Source: Podarcis muralis
Lineage: Eukaryota
DNA: 64,000 nucleotides
Direction of reading: 5' to 3'
NCBI RefSeq assembly: GCF_964188315.1
Contig: NC_135673.1
Coordinates: 32,736,001 to 32,800,000, forward strand
Shown: positions 23,143 through 36,898 of the stretch, piece by piece
Layout: every line of letters begins with the position of its first letter
How positions within the stretch are numbered: the stretch's first letter is position 1
Translations under genes and position numbers: made by a program
The notes under the pieces: generated by a model
The model's database searches: none
Seen by the model: only the letters and a program-made list of their open reading frames with translations
Told to the model about the DNA's origin: nothing

Positions 23143-25201
23143 TTTTTTCTCTTTTTTTCCAGTAATTTTTTATTATTTTCCTTATTCATACTTTAACAAT
23201 ACAATACAGTAAATCACATAATTACTTTAGCTCTGCCAAGCTCACAACTTCCCATCTGCTGAAGGGATACTTCAGCGAGTATCCCTTATTTTCTTATATT
23301 GCATATTCTATTTATTTAATCTTATATCTGCCATACATTGTAAGAGCTATTTCAATCCTGCCAGTGTTTTTAAAGTTTTGCAATTGTCTTTTATATACAC
23401 CATAAATTTACTCCAACTTTCTTGAAACCTCTGGTCGTCCTGGTCCCAAATTCTTCAGTTTGGCTAACTCTGCATAACTCATCATTTTCGTCTGCCACTC
23501 CGCAATGGTAGAGACTTTTTGCACTTTCCAGTTTGGGGCAAGCATATTTCTTGCTGCAGCTGTGGCGTACATAAAGAATCTTTGGTCTACTTTATTAATT
23601 TCTTTCCCCATCAAACCCAACAAAAAGGCTTCTGTTTTTTGGGGTAAAGTGTACTTTTAAGTTCATTATAAATTAGCTTCCAAAAGTTCTTAACTTTATC
23701 ACAAGTCCACCACATATGATAGAAATCTCCATCCACCTCTTTGCACTTCTAACATTTTTTATCCTTCATCCTGTACATTTTTGCCAGCTTTACCGCTGTT
23801 AAATGCCACCTATAGATCATTTTCATTAGGTTTTCTTTTAAAGCCGTACATGCCGTAAATTTCATATTTACCTTCCACAACTCATACCATGCATCCAATT
23901 CAATATTATGCCCAAAATCTGTAGCCCATTTTATCATTGCTTCTTTCATTTTCTCATCTTTTGTAAACCATTCTAATAACAAATCCTACAGTTTGGATAA
24001 TGTTTTACCTCTGCCTTCTATTAAGTCTATTTGAAATCTTGATTTTTTTGTCTTCAAACCCAGCTTCCATTTTTCAGTATATCATTAACCTGATGGTATT
24101 GCAACCAACCTGTAAGCATACCTTCTCTTTGATCATATGGCTTAAGTTTTATCCCTTGTTCCATTTTTCTAGTAATTTTTCTAGTAATTTCTTCTTTCCC
24201 TCCATGTTAACTTTCTTGATGGTCAACACTTCTATTGGCGATATCCACCATGGGGTTTTCCTTTCCAATAATTTTTTATTTCTTTCCCACACCTCATAGA
24301 TTGACCTTCTTATCACATGATTTAAAAAACCTTTATGGACCTTTACTTTATCATAACACAGGTACGAGTGCCACCCGTACCTGTTATCATGCCCTTCTAA
24401 ATCCAAAAGGTCTGTGTTTTCCAGTGTTATCCATTCTTTTAGCCATACAAGACAGGACGCTTCATAATAGAGAGGCAAATCTACCTCTTTCTTTTTTATC
24501 TATCAAAATTTTCATTTTAATCCTCAGCTTCTTTCCCTGCCAGACAAATCTTGACAGTATTTTTTGCCACTATCTACATTGCCCTGTCCCCTTAATCATT
24601 GGAATTGTTTGGAACAAAAATAACATTCTAGGTAAAACATTCATCTTAATCGCTGATATTCTGCCCAGGAAAGAGAGTTTCAGCCTATCCCAAATTTCTA
24701 GATCTTTCTTAATCTCTCTCCATGTAGTTTCATAATTATCTTTATACAAATTTATATTTATTGTTTTCAACCATATTAGAGGTATTTCACTTTCTTAGCC
24801 ACCATGATTCCTGTCTCCTGTTGCAATTCCTCTGTCTCTTCTTTGTTCATGTTTTTAACTAACATTATTGGTCTTTTCTGAAAGGTATTGAAGCCATATG
24901 TCTAGAACAAAAAGCCAAACTTATTATAAAATAATAATTTGTCGGACACTTTTGAAATTTCTAAGGGGACCAGGCAGGGGTTCCCCCTGTCACCTTTGCT
25001 GTTTATTACGGTTTTGGAAGTTCTAAATAAGAAATTGAGAGAAACATCAGAAATTAGAGGGGTTAAGGTGGGAGTAAAAGAGTTTAAAATAAAAGTGTTT
25101 GCTGACGATCTAGTTTTAACATTAGAAGATTGAAAGAAAAGTGTACAAGAAGCCCTGCAGAAAATATAGGAATTTGGCAAAGTGGCGAGGTTTAAACTTA
25201 A
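23143..25201 (-). mobile_element. L1-clade LINE, 5'-truncated with 5' inversion (about 24900-25201 inverted)
   Basis: Minus part encodes KLSFLGRISAIKMNVLPRMLFLFQ through the C-terminus; plus part encodes GTRQGFPLSPLLF...VFADD...FKLN; 16-bp TSD tatactaacctttctc at 23127-23142 and 25202-25217. Confidence 0.9.
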
Positions 25202-25675
25202 TATACTAACCTTTCTCAACTTGGTGCTCTCTAGGTGGTTTGGATTACATCATCCCTTACCACTGGTCATGCTGACTGGGACTGATGAGAGTTATAGTCC
25301 AAAAATCTGGAGGGCACCAGGCTGGGAAAGGTTGGTCTACATGGACAACCAATAGGGTTTTGACATGGATCTTTCCCAACGCTACCTGAAGATGCCAGGG
25401 CTTGGACTTGGACCTTTTGCATGGAAAACATATACTCCATAACTGAGCTACAGCCCCTTCCGAAAGAGCAGGTGCTCTTGGGATTCAACCCCACACTGCA
25501 AACTCTACAGAGCAATTTCATAAGCATTCAGCCACAGCATCCGACCTGTCCACCACTCTCATGTCCACCTTTCTCCTTTTTCTCTCCACAGTTCCCAAAC
25601 GCAGTTCAGAACAGCAGGGAATTCTGTTTAGGAGAGGGAGTTTAGTGTAGTTGCAGTTATCTTTACCTAAGGTTA

Positions 25676-26019
25676 GGGACATGGGTGGTGCTGTGGGTTA
25701 AACCACAGAGCCTAGGGCTTGCCGATCAGAAGGTCGGCAGTTCGAATCCCCACGATGGGGTGAGCTCCTGTTGTTCAGTCCCTGTTCCTGTCAACCTAGC
25801 AGTTCGAAAGCACAAAGTGCAAGTATCCCGATCCGGCAGGAAGGTAAACGGCGTTTCCATGCGCTGCTCTGGTTCACCAGAAGCGGCTTAGTCATGCTGG
25901 CCACATGACCCAGAAGCTGTACGCCGGCTCCCTCGGTCAGTAAAGCAAGATGAGCGCCGCAACCCCAGAGTCGTCTGCGACTGGACCTAAAGGTCAGGGG
26001 TCCCTTTACCTTTACTTTT
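25676..26019 (+). mobile_element. Sauria SINE, subtype B
   Basis: TSD cctaaggtta at 25666-25675 and 26020-26029. Confidence 0.88.
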
Positions 26020-26831
26020 CCTAAGGTTAACAAGCTGCTGCAGTCAACATTATTCCCTGTCCTGCTCAACTGTCAAAGGTAAAGGAGCTCTGCCTTCCCT
26101 TGCATCTGATAGCTCATTCTCTTTGATTCTCCTTTTTAAAGAAAACTGCAGATACCCCAGTGGTCAGGATGCCATGCAGTTGTGGGTTCTGACCTGGAGT
26201 GTGCAAATAGATGTAATGTTTAAAAACGTCTTTCTTTCTTTTTAATGCTTTAAAAAAGGGGAGGTTGATAATGGAGAGCTGGCAGGAAACATTTTGCTTG
26301 ACCCTTTCCTCACTGCAATTTCTTAACTGCAAACCTCTCCCCCCACAGCAGCTTTTTCCTACCACACAGGGTTGTAAACGCACATGTTACCCTCTGTACG
26401 GCAATCTTGCATCCTCTCCCAACCATATGAACATGTTATCTAAAAATAACCCCATATAATGTGAGTGTGTGGGTACACACAGTCAAAATGACTGTTGCTC
26501 TCATTCCCCATAGCTAAGAGATGGTTTGGCGTAATGTTAAGTCTGAACTCTGAGGCTCGGGGTTTGTCTCACTCCAAACAAACCATGAACTGTAGCCAAG
26601 GTTTGCTTTTGGATTACTGCTCATGCCTTATCTGCAGGAGGCAAACCATAATGCTAAGCCAGAGCATGCCTTAGTTCCAGGTACTAGCATGGGAGCAGGA
26701 TGACCCTGGGAGGAAGTGAAGCAGCCACTATTCTTTTTTACTGTTGAAGGGGAACTGTCCCGGGCGCAATATTTTTCCCACCCGAGGGCAAAGCCTCATA
26801 AGGCTACACTGTGAGAATCCACACACTAGTG

Positions 26832-27153
26832 CAGGGGTGTCAAACTCAAATTCATCAGGGGCCGCATCAGCAGTTTGGTCACCCTCAAAGGGCCGGTTGT
26901 AACAAGTGGAGGTTTCCTGAATGCATGTAAAGTGGAGGTTTCCTGTGTAGAACGGCCGGCGCCGCTAGAGGGCAGACGTTCTCTGGCTTGTAGGCTGCCG
27001 CGCATGCGCTGAAGAGGCGGCTTTCTTGTGTCAAAAAAAAAAAAAAAGCGAGAATAAAAGGTGAAGGCTGGCGGCCGGCGGCGGCTACACGGGCCACATG
27101 ATGAGGTTTGGCGGGCCGGATCCGGCCCGCAGACCTTGTGTTTGACACCCATG
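26832..27153. mobile_element. hAT-type non-autonomous element (MITE)
   Basis: TIRs caggggtgtcaaac / gtttgacacccatg; 8-bp TSD cactagtg at 26824-26831 and 27154-27161. Confidence 0.88.
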
Positions 27154-28949
27154 CACTAGTGCATTCATGCTTAGCTGTGGTTTTGGCTTAGTGCTGTGGG
27201 CGAACTGCACCAGGCTGTGGAAAAAGTCACTTCAAATATAAAGCCATCACAGCAGACCAAGATCTGCATGCAAACTTTTCTCCTGGAAGAGCCTGCCTGC
27301 CCCAGGTTACAAAGAAGATGCAGTGTGTGGGGGTTTTTTAATTAAAAAACAACAAAAAGCAAGGAAGCATTCAAGAGTGGAACCAGCCCACATGGTCTTA
27401 AGCCAGGCATGTCCAAAGTCCGTTTTGGGGGCCTAATCCAGCCCGGCGGTCAATTTAATTTGGTCGGCCCTCATGCATGTTCACTTCATCAAATCTGGCC
27501 CTCTTTGAAAAAATTTACGGGCACCCCATCTTAAGCAGTGCAGTGTATTCCTATTGCCTCATGAATGCAGACCCAGTTTCCTTGAAGCTCCTCTGCCTCC
27601 AGGTCCTCAGAAAACCTTCTGAGGACAAAGATTGGCCATTTGGCCTTGTTTTGCTTCAGGACCAGATTACAAAGGCTAACATGTGGAAGAGATTGCTGGT
27701 TGTGGGAAAAGATTAGGTGAAGGGAGGTCAATTCATGTTTACTCAACTAAGAAAGGTGTGGGCTAGGAAGTAGGCCCATGTCTTCTTGTTAATCCCTCCT
27801 TGTCTCAGCTGGGGAGAAGGCTGATCCTACCTATGAAATGGGTCATATTAGGGAATAATAACTCTATAATTGTAGAAAAAACTTTAATTGACTTTGATTT
27901 TATTGAATTCATAATCTTTTAGGCTTCTATATTTGATTTTTATTGAATATACCCCTTCAGCATATTTTTCTTGTGAAGCAGTTTATAAATCTGCATATAT
28001 TTTAAACTAGATCACAACCAATACACACTTTCACCACTTTAAAAGTTAGAGCTTCTCCCAAAAAATTCTGAGAACAGTAGTTTACCCCTACAGAGCTACA
28101 ATTTCCAGCACTGCAGGCAAACTACAGTTCCCAGCATTCATTAGGGGAAAACCATGTGCTTTAAATGGTGTGGATATGACCTTAGATAAGTGTGTCAGAC
28201 TAGGGTCCAGCTTCAAATTGTGAATCAGCCACAAAGCTCAGAAGATGAATTGGGAGAAATCTCAGCCATACCAGGGGGTTATATAAAATAAAAGAGGGAG
28301 GAAAAACCATGTGGGACACTCTGGGCTTCCTGAAGGAAAAGCTGGATATAAATGGAGGCTGAACATTTTCTGTCAGCTATTAAAAGATTCTAGCATTTCC
28401 TTCAGAGCTCATTTGCCCTGGTTCCTGTCTTGGGTGAGTACATGCGCGTGTGGACACACACATACACATAGTGGCTGGGTCTGTGAGCTTCCTTGTTAGT
28501 TTTCCCACAGTGCCTCTGGCATTGCTTGGCTCCATGCCATTATACAAAATAGAAAGACGACAGTACAGCACGGGCATTGTGGGAATTTGTTTCAGTGGCA
28601 ACTGGTAGCTGCCTGCTGCCTCAGATGGGTGAGCCCAGAGCCTGCCAAAAGCACTTTGCTGAGGGCCTTCATATGAGCATAGATAGCTGCCCTATACCTA
28701 GTCAGATCATTGGTCCTTCCAGTTCAATATTTTCAACAAAGTCTGGGAGCAACTCTTGAGGATTTAGGCAGGAGACATTCCAAGCTCCACCTGTAATTGA
28801 ACCAGGGATTGTCTACAGGCAAAGCAGGTGCTCATACCTTGATCTTTGGATCTTCCTCCATGTCGACCCTTAATGCTGGAGCTGATCCTGCATGAATGTA
28901 CTCTCTACCTGGTTTGTAGACTCTTCAGAAATTCTGCTCTGTTCCACAG

Positions 28950-29405
28950 GTGCAGGTCTGGGACACAGCAGGCCAGGAAAGGTTCCGGAAGAGCATGGTG
29001 GAGCACTACTACCGCAATGTGCATGCTGTTGTCTTCGTCTATGATGTCACCAAGATGGCTTCCTTCATCAATCTTAAGACCTGGATTGAGGAGTGCAATG
29101 GCCATGCAGTCCCTGCCCTTGTCCCTAAAGTGCTTGTGGGAAACAAGTGTGACTTGCGGGACCAGATCCAGGTGCCATCCAGCATGGCCCTGAAGTTTGC
29201 TGATGCACATAATATGCTTTTGTTTGAAACCTCAGCCAAGGACCCCAAAGAAAGTCAGAATGTGGAATCTATTTTCATGTGTCTGGCTTGCCGGCTGAAG
29301 GCCCAGAAGTCTCTACTTTATCGGGATATGGAGAGGCAGCAGGGGAAGGCACCTAGAATGACGCTTAATGCAGACGGGAGCAGCAAAAACCCTTGTCCCT
29401 GCTGA
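28950..29405 (+). CDS. RAB33A: RAB33A exon 2
   Basis: Acceptor gttccacag; [27 protein letters not shown]...KNPCPC stop; AATAAA at 29540-29545. Confidence 0.96.
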   Translation: MQVWDTAGQERFRKSMVEHYYRNVHAVVFVYDVTKMASFINLKTWIEECNGHAVPALVPKVLVGNKCDLRDQIQVPSSMALKFADAHNMLLFETSAKDPKESQNVESIFMCLACRLKAQKSLLYRDMERQQGKAPRMTLNADGSSKNPCPC

Positions 29406-30188
29406 ACTATTGAGGTTGCCATTCCTGACCATTTAATGGGTATGTGTGTGACTGTGAGTGAGAAGGGCAGATGGTTTTGTCCCTCAATGAACTGAAACAA
29501 GACCCGCTTGTCTCAATCTAAGTTAAATGTTAAGTTAATAATAAAATTTGTATGGCATTCAACTGGTTTGGTTGTAGCTTTGTTTCTGCTGGTTTGTGAT
29601 CTGAACAAGCCCTTATGATAAACACCTTCACTGAAGATGGGTGCTGGGTAACGTGACTGGTTTTATTGGTATGTTAACAGGAAAAACAACAGCCCTGTTA
29701 TTAACTCAGGAGAGAAGTATAGACTTAGCTGTTTCTGGTAGTATTTATGATTACACTGCCAAGCAAGGTGGTGTACTTCTGTGAAGGCTGCACAAAATGC
29801 ACTCATTTCCCATGCATAGGTTCAAAGGATGAAGAGACACTTTGGTAACAAAACTGAATGTTTATTTAGTTACACACTCTATGAGAGTGTAAAGCATGAT
29901 GGTGATGCTAAGGGAGACCCTAAACTTGGTTCAAGACACAAACTCTTTACAGAGAATTTAAAACAGCACTCTTTCCATCTTAAGATTTGGATAGACTTTT
30001 CCTACCTAGAATGGCTATTAATGTTCCTAATCAGCAACACCCACCCATTCACTTCTGGAATTTAATATCTCTTCAGGGAATCAAAACTGGGTTGCCCTGC
30101 CTGGCTAACCCACTCAGATAGCCCAAATCCCAACTGCCCATACTGACAGTTTCTCCATATCTCCAATGTCCCTGTCTAATATGCAGAC

Positions 30189-30741
30189 CAGAGCATTCCA
30201 AACTGTGTGTCACAACAACTTAGTGTGTTGGCTGCAGTGTGTAGGTGTGTCGTGCAAATGCTTGGAAAGGAGTTAGTTTAACCTCTGGTTTGCTATTAAA
30301 AAGGGAAGTGGGTGGTGCTGTGGGTTAAACCACAGAGCCTAGGGCTTGCCAATCAGAAGGTCAGCTGTTCGAATCCCCATGACGGGGTGAGCTGCCATTG
30401 CTCGGTCCCTGCTCCTGCCAACCTAGCAGTTTGAAAACATGTCAAAGTGCAAGTAGATAAATAGGTACCGCTCCGGCGGGAAGGTAAACAGCATTTTTGT
30501 GTGCTGCTCTGGTTCGCCAGAAGCAGCTTAGTCATACTGGCCACATGACCCGGAAGCTGTACGCTGGCTCTCTCGGCCAATAAAGCGAGATGAGCTCCGC
30601 AACCCCAGAGTCGTCCGCTACTGGACCTAACGGCCAGGGGTCCCTTTACCTTTACCTTGCTATTAAAACTGAACTACTGTCTTGCAAAACGATGCATGTC
30701 TAAAAAGTGTGCCACCACCATGAAAAGTTTGGAAAGCTCTG
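30189..30741. mobile_element. hAT-like MITE interrupted by a Sauria SINE
   Basis: 16-bp TIR cagagcattccaaact / agtttggaaagctctg (1 mismatch); no TSD recovered. Confidence 0.6.
30303..30656 (+). mobile_element. Sauria SINE, subtype B
   Basis: TSD ttgctattaaaa at 30290-30301 and 30657-30668. Confidence 0.88.
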
Positions 30742-31690
30742 TCACATATAATCCCGGTCTACATTCTTGAGTACCTATCTGACAGTTAAAACAGTAAGCC
30801 TACACTTAAAACTTCCCCTCTCTTTCTCCTGACTGGCTGTTGGTTTCACCAGCTGTCACTGGTTTCTGAGTCACCAGGAGGCAGGCCCAGGGCTTGACTG
30901 TCACAGCCTTGTCTATGAATGGTGGCTGTAAATGGTCTGGTCTCCTCTCTTCCTAACTGGATTAACCAGGATGCTTAGTACTGAACAGAGCAGTGCTCAC
31001 TGACTTAAGTTGGAGCTGATCTCTGAGCTGATCAGTGGGGAAAGTTCACCCATCAAAGATTGGCTGAAAGGTTGAAACCTAGTGCTCATTGATGTGTCAC
31101 TTCCAATATTGTCAGTTTGCTTTAAAAGGCCTGGTTCCTAAACTATATTACCAGGGGATGGAGGAGCTGCTATGACACAATGATGCCCAAACCCAGCTAC
31201 ATTAAATGTCATAGTTTCTCCATTGATATGCTTGAGCAGCCATCTCTTCTATCCTTGGGGACATTTAAAAATAGCCACTTCAGTCTACCTAGTTGTCTGT
31301 TATTTTCTCCACTTACACAGCTAGTTAGCTATTAGGGGGCTGGCATTTTATAGGGCAGGGCGGGAGGAAGGAATAAGAACATAGGACTTATGCCTTATGC
31401 TGAGTTGAATGAATTGGTCCATCAAGCTCTAGAGTTTTGGACAGGGTACACTACAAACCGTACCTGGTGATGCCAGGGGTTAAACCTGAGACTGTATGCA
31501 TGACGCATGCTCTAGCACTGAGCATCTTCCTCAATGCAGCATGGGGAAATGTTTCCCCTTGCACATTTTTTTAACTATCTGCAAAACTCCTGGTTAGCCT
31601 AACTCCAGTGGTCTCTCTCTTTTGTACAAGGATTGTGTTGTTTTGGCTCCAACTCTGTAAGCATGAAAGGACTTGAATTGGCATTAGTAT

Positions 31691-31840
31691 ATCATAAAAT
31701 CATAGGATTATAGAGTTGAAAAGGACCACAAGGATCATCTAGTTTAACCCCCTGCAATGCAGGAACCTTTACCCAAAATGGGGCTCAAACCCACAACCCT
31801 CAGATTAAAAGATCTCATGCTCTACTGACTGAGCTATCCC
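31691..31840 (-). mobile_element. SINE with tRNA-Lys-like head and CR1-like tail
   Basis: Reverse strand gggatagctcagtcagtagagcatgagatcttttaatctgaggg followed by a CR1-type 3' end; similar copy at 49860-50010 (+). Confidence 0.6.
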
Positions 31841-34800
31841 AGCAAATCCATCCAAACCTGCAACAGAATCTGCAAGAGAATGTTGCATTATGAACTGCTC
31901 CTGCTCAGGATACTCCATTCCATTCCCCCTCCTTCCTTATTTTCCACCCCACTGCCTCCAGCTGTCAATTAGCATTCTGTGGCATCTGATCATGCTCAGA
32001 GTCTTCAGTGGTTTTCCCCTTTAGGGGCTTTTTTCACAAATATAAAATAAAATGTTTTGTACTTTGTAAATCTTGGAGTTACCCTGATCCTGCTGATGCC
32101 TCCCTATCACACATGGGAAGTACTATTTTGGTTACATATGCAATGACACTCACCACCTGAACATTAAAAATAGAGGGGATTGTGATACTTTCTTCATGGA
32201 GATGGGGAATCCCATTTAAATTTATCTGATCAGGCATAAAACTTGCCTAGGTCATCTCTGAGGAGTGTATTATTAATGTGGTTCTTCTCAGACCTGTCCG
32301 GCTATCTGTGGAAGCAGAAACACCATCATGGGAAGGAACCACATAATTGATGGGGTCCGCATGGATCTTGTGAAACATTTTACTGGTGCATCAGCTTTTG
32401 TGGATTAGAGCAGAGATGGGGAATAAGCTGCTCTCTATATGGGGATGGGGTATATAGCTCCGTGGTAGAGCATCTACTTTGCATGCAGAAGATCTCAGGT
32501 TTAATGTTGACATCTCCAGGTTGAACTGGGAATGCCCCTGTCTGACACCTGGAGAGGTGCTGCAAGCTACAAGTAGACTACGTGTAGCGAGCCTTTGGCC
32601 AGATGTTACTGAACTACAGCAACCATCAGTTTCAGCAAGCATGGTCATTAGTTAGGGAATGATGGGAATTGTAGTTCAGCAACACCTGGAAGGACAAAGG
32701 TTCCCCATACCTGCTGTAGACAACATTGAGCTAGCTGGACCAGTGTCTGTGTTCCAGTTGTGTTCGACTCTCAACTCCCATCAGTACCTGCCAGCATAGC
32801 CAATGGTGAGGAATAATGGGGTGCCAGACAAAGCTTTCTGGGAAGGCTGTACCATAACCAGCATGCTACTCCCTGGTGCAGCCTTTCCCAACCTTGGGTC
32901 CGCAGATGTTGTTGGACCACAGTTCCCAACATTTCTGCCCATCGAGCCATGCTTTCTGGGATAACGGGAGCTTTAGTCCAGCAATATACGGAGACCCAAA
33001 AGATTACACTAGTGGTTCCCCGCTTATTTCATTTGATGGGGTCACTCAGAACAGGACCTCTAAAGGAGATCATAATGTTTAGGTAGGTACATATGAGGGA
33101 AGGCAGATATTCAGGTAACCTGGCCCAATACTCATGAGCTTTAAATATTAAAAACGTCTTAAATTGGGCTCGGAGATTAAATGGGAGCCAGCGAGGCTGA
33201 CAAAGCACAGGTATTGTATGGTCAAATATCTGCAGTTCTGGACCAAATGGGCCCCACCAAGCTCTGTCTGCCCTCAGCTAGCCCCAACCTGCCTGCCTTC
33301 CTATTTTAAACCAGTCAGAAGAGTGGAATTGCTTGTCAACTTCCTCCTCCACAGTCTACATGTTGGCTGGAAGGAGGATGGGGACAAAAGAAGAAAAGGT
33401 TGGCTCTGCCTATTATTGGCTCTGTATCTGATATTCATTTTGCCTCGGTCTCCTGCTAGCCTTCCATCCTACCAGTCCCAATGGACACCAACCTTCCCTG
33501 TTGGTAACCAAATGGACCTGCCCTGATACAAACACTGGGAGGGTGTGGGAGAGGTTGTCCTGGGAAAAGGCATCTCAGGGGCATCTTTCAGCCCCTGCAG
33601 CTTTGGTCCCTGATACCACACTGCAATAGGCCAGAAGTCAAATAAGCCCAGTGTGGTAGTTGTTTATAAAGGAGAGGTAAATGTTTAGAAATGGACCAAC
33701 ACTTATCAGGCACTGGTGATGTCATTGCCTGCTGAAAAGTAATTAGCTGGCTCTTTATGAGGCTGGTCGCTGTTGCTCACACCTCTTTGCTTCCTTCCTA
33801 CTCACACCAGCTAGAAATGCCAAAGGAGCTCTTTAAGCCCGCAGGACAGTGTTGTTTCTTTTACAAACATTTGTACAGTGCTTAGATCGTTAATAAGATG
33901 CTGAACTATAAAAACACAGTTTGTTGGTGTCATAAATTGCAGGACAAGGTCTTCAGTGCTCCCATTCCAGTCTGGTTAAAGTAGTAGTCTTCAACTTTTT
34001 CAGACCCAGGACCCACCCAACATGCCTTTGAGGACCCACTTCTTATTCTGATTACTATAGTATACCATAATTGGAGCGGGGGTGGGGAGTGCTGCTGACA
34101 TTACCCACACCACCTTAGATCAGGCTATGACCCAGTAGTTGAGTTGAAGGACCAGTGAATTAAATGATGCTTACAGTAATTCACAAAAGCTACTAGTCTA
34201 CAATTATTAGCTGGGTGCAACATGTAGCTGGCCCTCTAAGTGTCCCTATTTTCCAGGGAAAGTCCCAGATTAACATAAGCCATCCAGGTTTCTGATTTTA
34301 CTCTGAAATGTCCCACTTTTCTTTAGAAAGTCTCTATTTTCATCGAATAAATGTTGACGCATATGATAGAATGTCCCTATTTTCATAAGAGAAATGCTGA
34401 AGGGTATGGAGTTATGTGACCCCAAGCCAAGGAGATAGGTAACTATTGATATAGTAACTAGAGGTGGTTGGCTTTTTCTGCCCAACTCTGCAAGGGACTG
34501 AGTCCCCTAAGCCCGGAAACTTATGTCCCCACTGTGGAAAGACGTGTGGATCCAGAATTGACCTCCACAGTCACTTACAAACACACTGTTAAGTCAGTGT
34601 TCATGGAAGACAATCTTACTCACCAAAGAAGAAGAAGATGATCAGTCAGAGATAAATGGGTGGAGACAGGATAGTGAAAGCAAGGCAGATCTTCATTTTT
34701 CTGTTGCAACAGAGTTCCCTCCCCTCCTTTCAAGGAGGTAATAGAGATCCAGAACAAAGTGTCCAGGGACCTTTAAAGGCTTTTGGAATTGCCAACCCCT

Positions 34801-35183
34801 TAGCCCAAGACCACCCTAAAATAAGGTTACCAGACATCCCCGTTTCCCAGAACAGTCCTCGGATTTACAAATCAGTACCCATACAAAATCCATTGAAGTT
34901 GAAAAGTATCCCGGGATCCATTGGGAAAAAATCTGGTAACTTTACCCTAATTTCAGAAGGGAAGGGCTGAATTGCAGGCAGTTTTGTTAATGGGATTTGC
35001 AAGTGAAAATACAACTGGAAAGCTTTCCCCATTTTCTCCTATTGCAGAGGAACATTTGATGTCACTTTGGGAGAGTCAAAATTGCTTCAGGATTGCTCTC
35101 TTGTACTATTTCAAACATGTGGTTTATATACTTAGGTATGTGTGCTTACCTTATGCATTTATGACCACTTATTCTATATTTGA

Positions 35184-35544
35184 GGGACGCGGGTGGCGCT
35201 GTGGGTAAAAGCCTCAGCACCTAGGGCTTGCCGATCGAAAGGTCGGCGGTTCGAATCCCCATGGCGGGGTGTGCTCCCGTTGCTCGGTCCCAGCGCCTGC
35301 CAACCTAGCAGTTCGAAAGCACCCCCGGGTGCAAGTAGATAAATAGGGACCGCTTACTAGCGGGAAGGTAAACGGCGTTTCCGTGTGCTGCGCTGGCTCG
35401 CCAGATGCAGCTTGTCATGCTGGCCACGTGACCCGGAAGTGTCTTCGGACAGCGCTGGCCCCCGGCCTCTTGAGTGAGATGGGCGCACAACCCTAGAGTC
35501 TGTCAAGACTGGCCCATACGGGCAGGGGTACCTTTACCTTTACC
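35184..35544 (+). mobile_element. Sauria SINE, subtype A
   Basis: TSD tattctatatttga at 35170-35183 and 35545-35558. Confidence 0.9.
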
Positions 35545-36099
35545 TATTCTATATTTGATACCTTAGAATTCTGATAAAGCTATACAACCTTTAGAAGACA
35601 TCTGAAGGCAGCATTGTATAGGAATGTTTTTTTAAAAAAATATGTTTAATGTATTACAGTATTGTATTTTTATATATGTTGAAAGCCACCCAGAGTGGCT
35701 GGGGCAACCCAGTCAGAAGGTGGTGTATAAATAATAAAATTATTCTTATTATTATTATTATGGAATAAGACGTCCCTATTTTAATGGGAGAAATGTTGGA
35801 GGGTATGCCTGTAGTTGAATTGACTGGAAACTATTATTACTATGCTATTATTACTGTTACTATTATTACTAATTTCTTACCCACCCTCCTGCCACATACG
35901 GTCCGGTGACGGGTTATGAGAAATTAACTGTACAGTACTGTATTAAGAACAGTTTCCAGCTGGATGAGTATGTGTCCATTTTTGTATTGTTTTTAAACTC
36001 TTTTGTTTTGTTTGTGCTGTAGTAACTGTTTCTACTTGTTTCTTTTATACTTTGTATATTGCCTTGGAACGTATGTGGAAGGCAACTAATAACATAACC

Positions 36100-36189
36100 C
36101 ACAGCTGTCAACGTTCCCCTTTTTTAAAGGAAAATCCCCTTATTCCGAATAGGATTCCTCGCAAGAAAAGGGAAAAATTGACAGCTATG
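36100..36189. mobile_element. About 90-bp palindromic MITE, copy 1
   Basis: ctgtcaacgtt(t/c)ccctttt...aaaagggaaaaattgacag; near-identical to 37110-37199. Confidence 0.7.
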
Positions 36190-36898
36190 ACATAACCTAC
36201 CCTAATTCTCCACTGTTTTTTAAACTCTATGCAAAGCAGACGCTCTTTTCCTGAGGGGCCTTTCCCTGAGGGGCTGCCTCACTCACTAGGAAAGATGCCC
36301 CTTGTACAATTTACACACGAGGAGCACAGCCACCAGTGTCCGCCGATACCCACATTTTTAAACACCTTGGGTTTGAACACGTAGGAATTCAAACCTTCTG
36401 CATCTTAAAAAGAGTTTATGAAATTTAAAAGCATTAAAACATGTTTATTGCATTGACATTTAGTTTGGATCATATTATTTATTAATCAAAACGCAGACAA
36501 TTGGAATCGAAGCCCCGCGCTCCAGAGTAGTCCGATCCCCCCCAATGGAACCTCCCATTACGAAGGACAGAAGAATTTTCACCAGAGGGATGTGAAAGGC
36601 TAGAGCGACACCGCTTGGCACCACCAACGCCAATGGGCGGGTTTTCAAATTTCTGAACGGCGATGTTAAGAATGCGTTCTACACTGTTTCTGTCTCTATG
36701 GTTCTATTGCGTTATAGAGCTCCTAGAAGGCAGGTTGGGACAGCATGGCCGAGAGAGACGGAGTATCGGGATTGGTCATCTCGTCAGGAGGCGCGACCTA
36801 TCAGGGACAGGAGGAGGCGGGACTACGCGTGCGCGGCCGGCCGGGCTTGTGCAAGGTGTTTTTTATCTGGTTGCACGCAAGAGACGAAGAGAACCCCC

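Larger units (their letters stand above)
21073..29405 (+). other. RAB33A: RAB33A gene, join(21073-21267,28950-29405), 216 aa
   Basis: Rab motifs [33 protein letters not shown]; C-terminal CPC prenylation motif; sequence and neighbours fit RAB33A rather than RAB33B. Confidence 0.95.
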
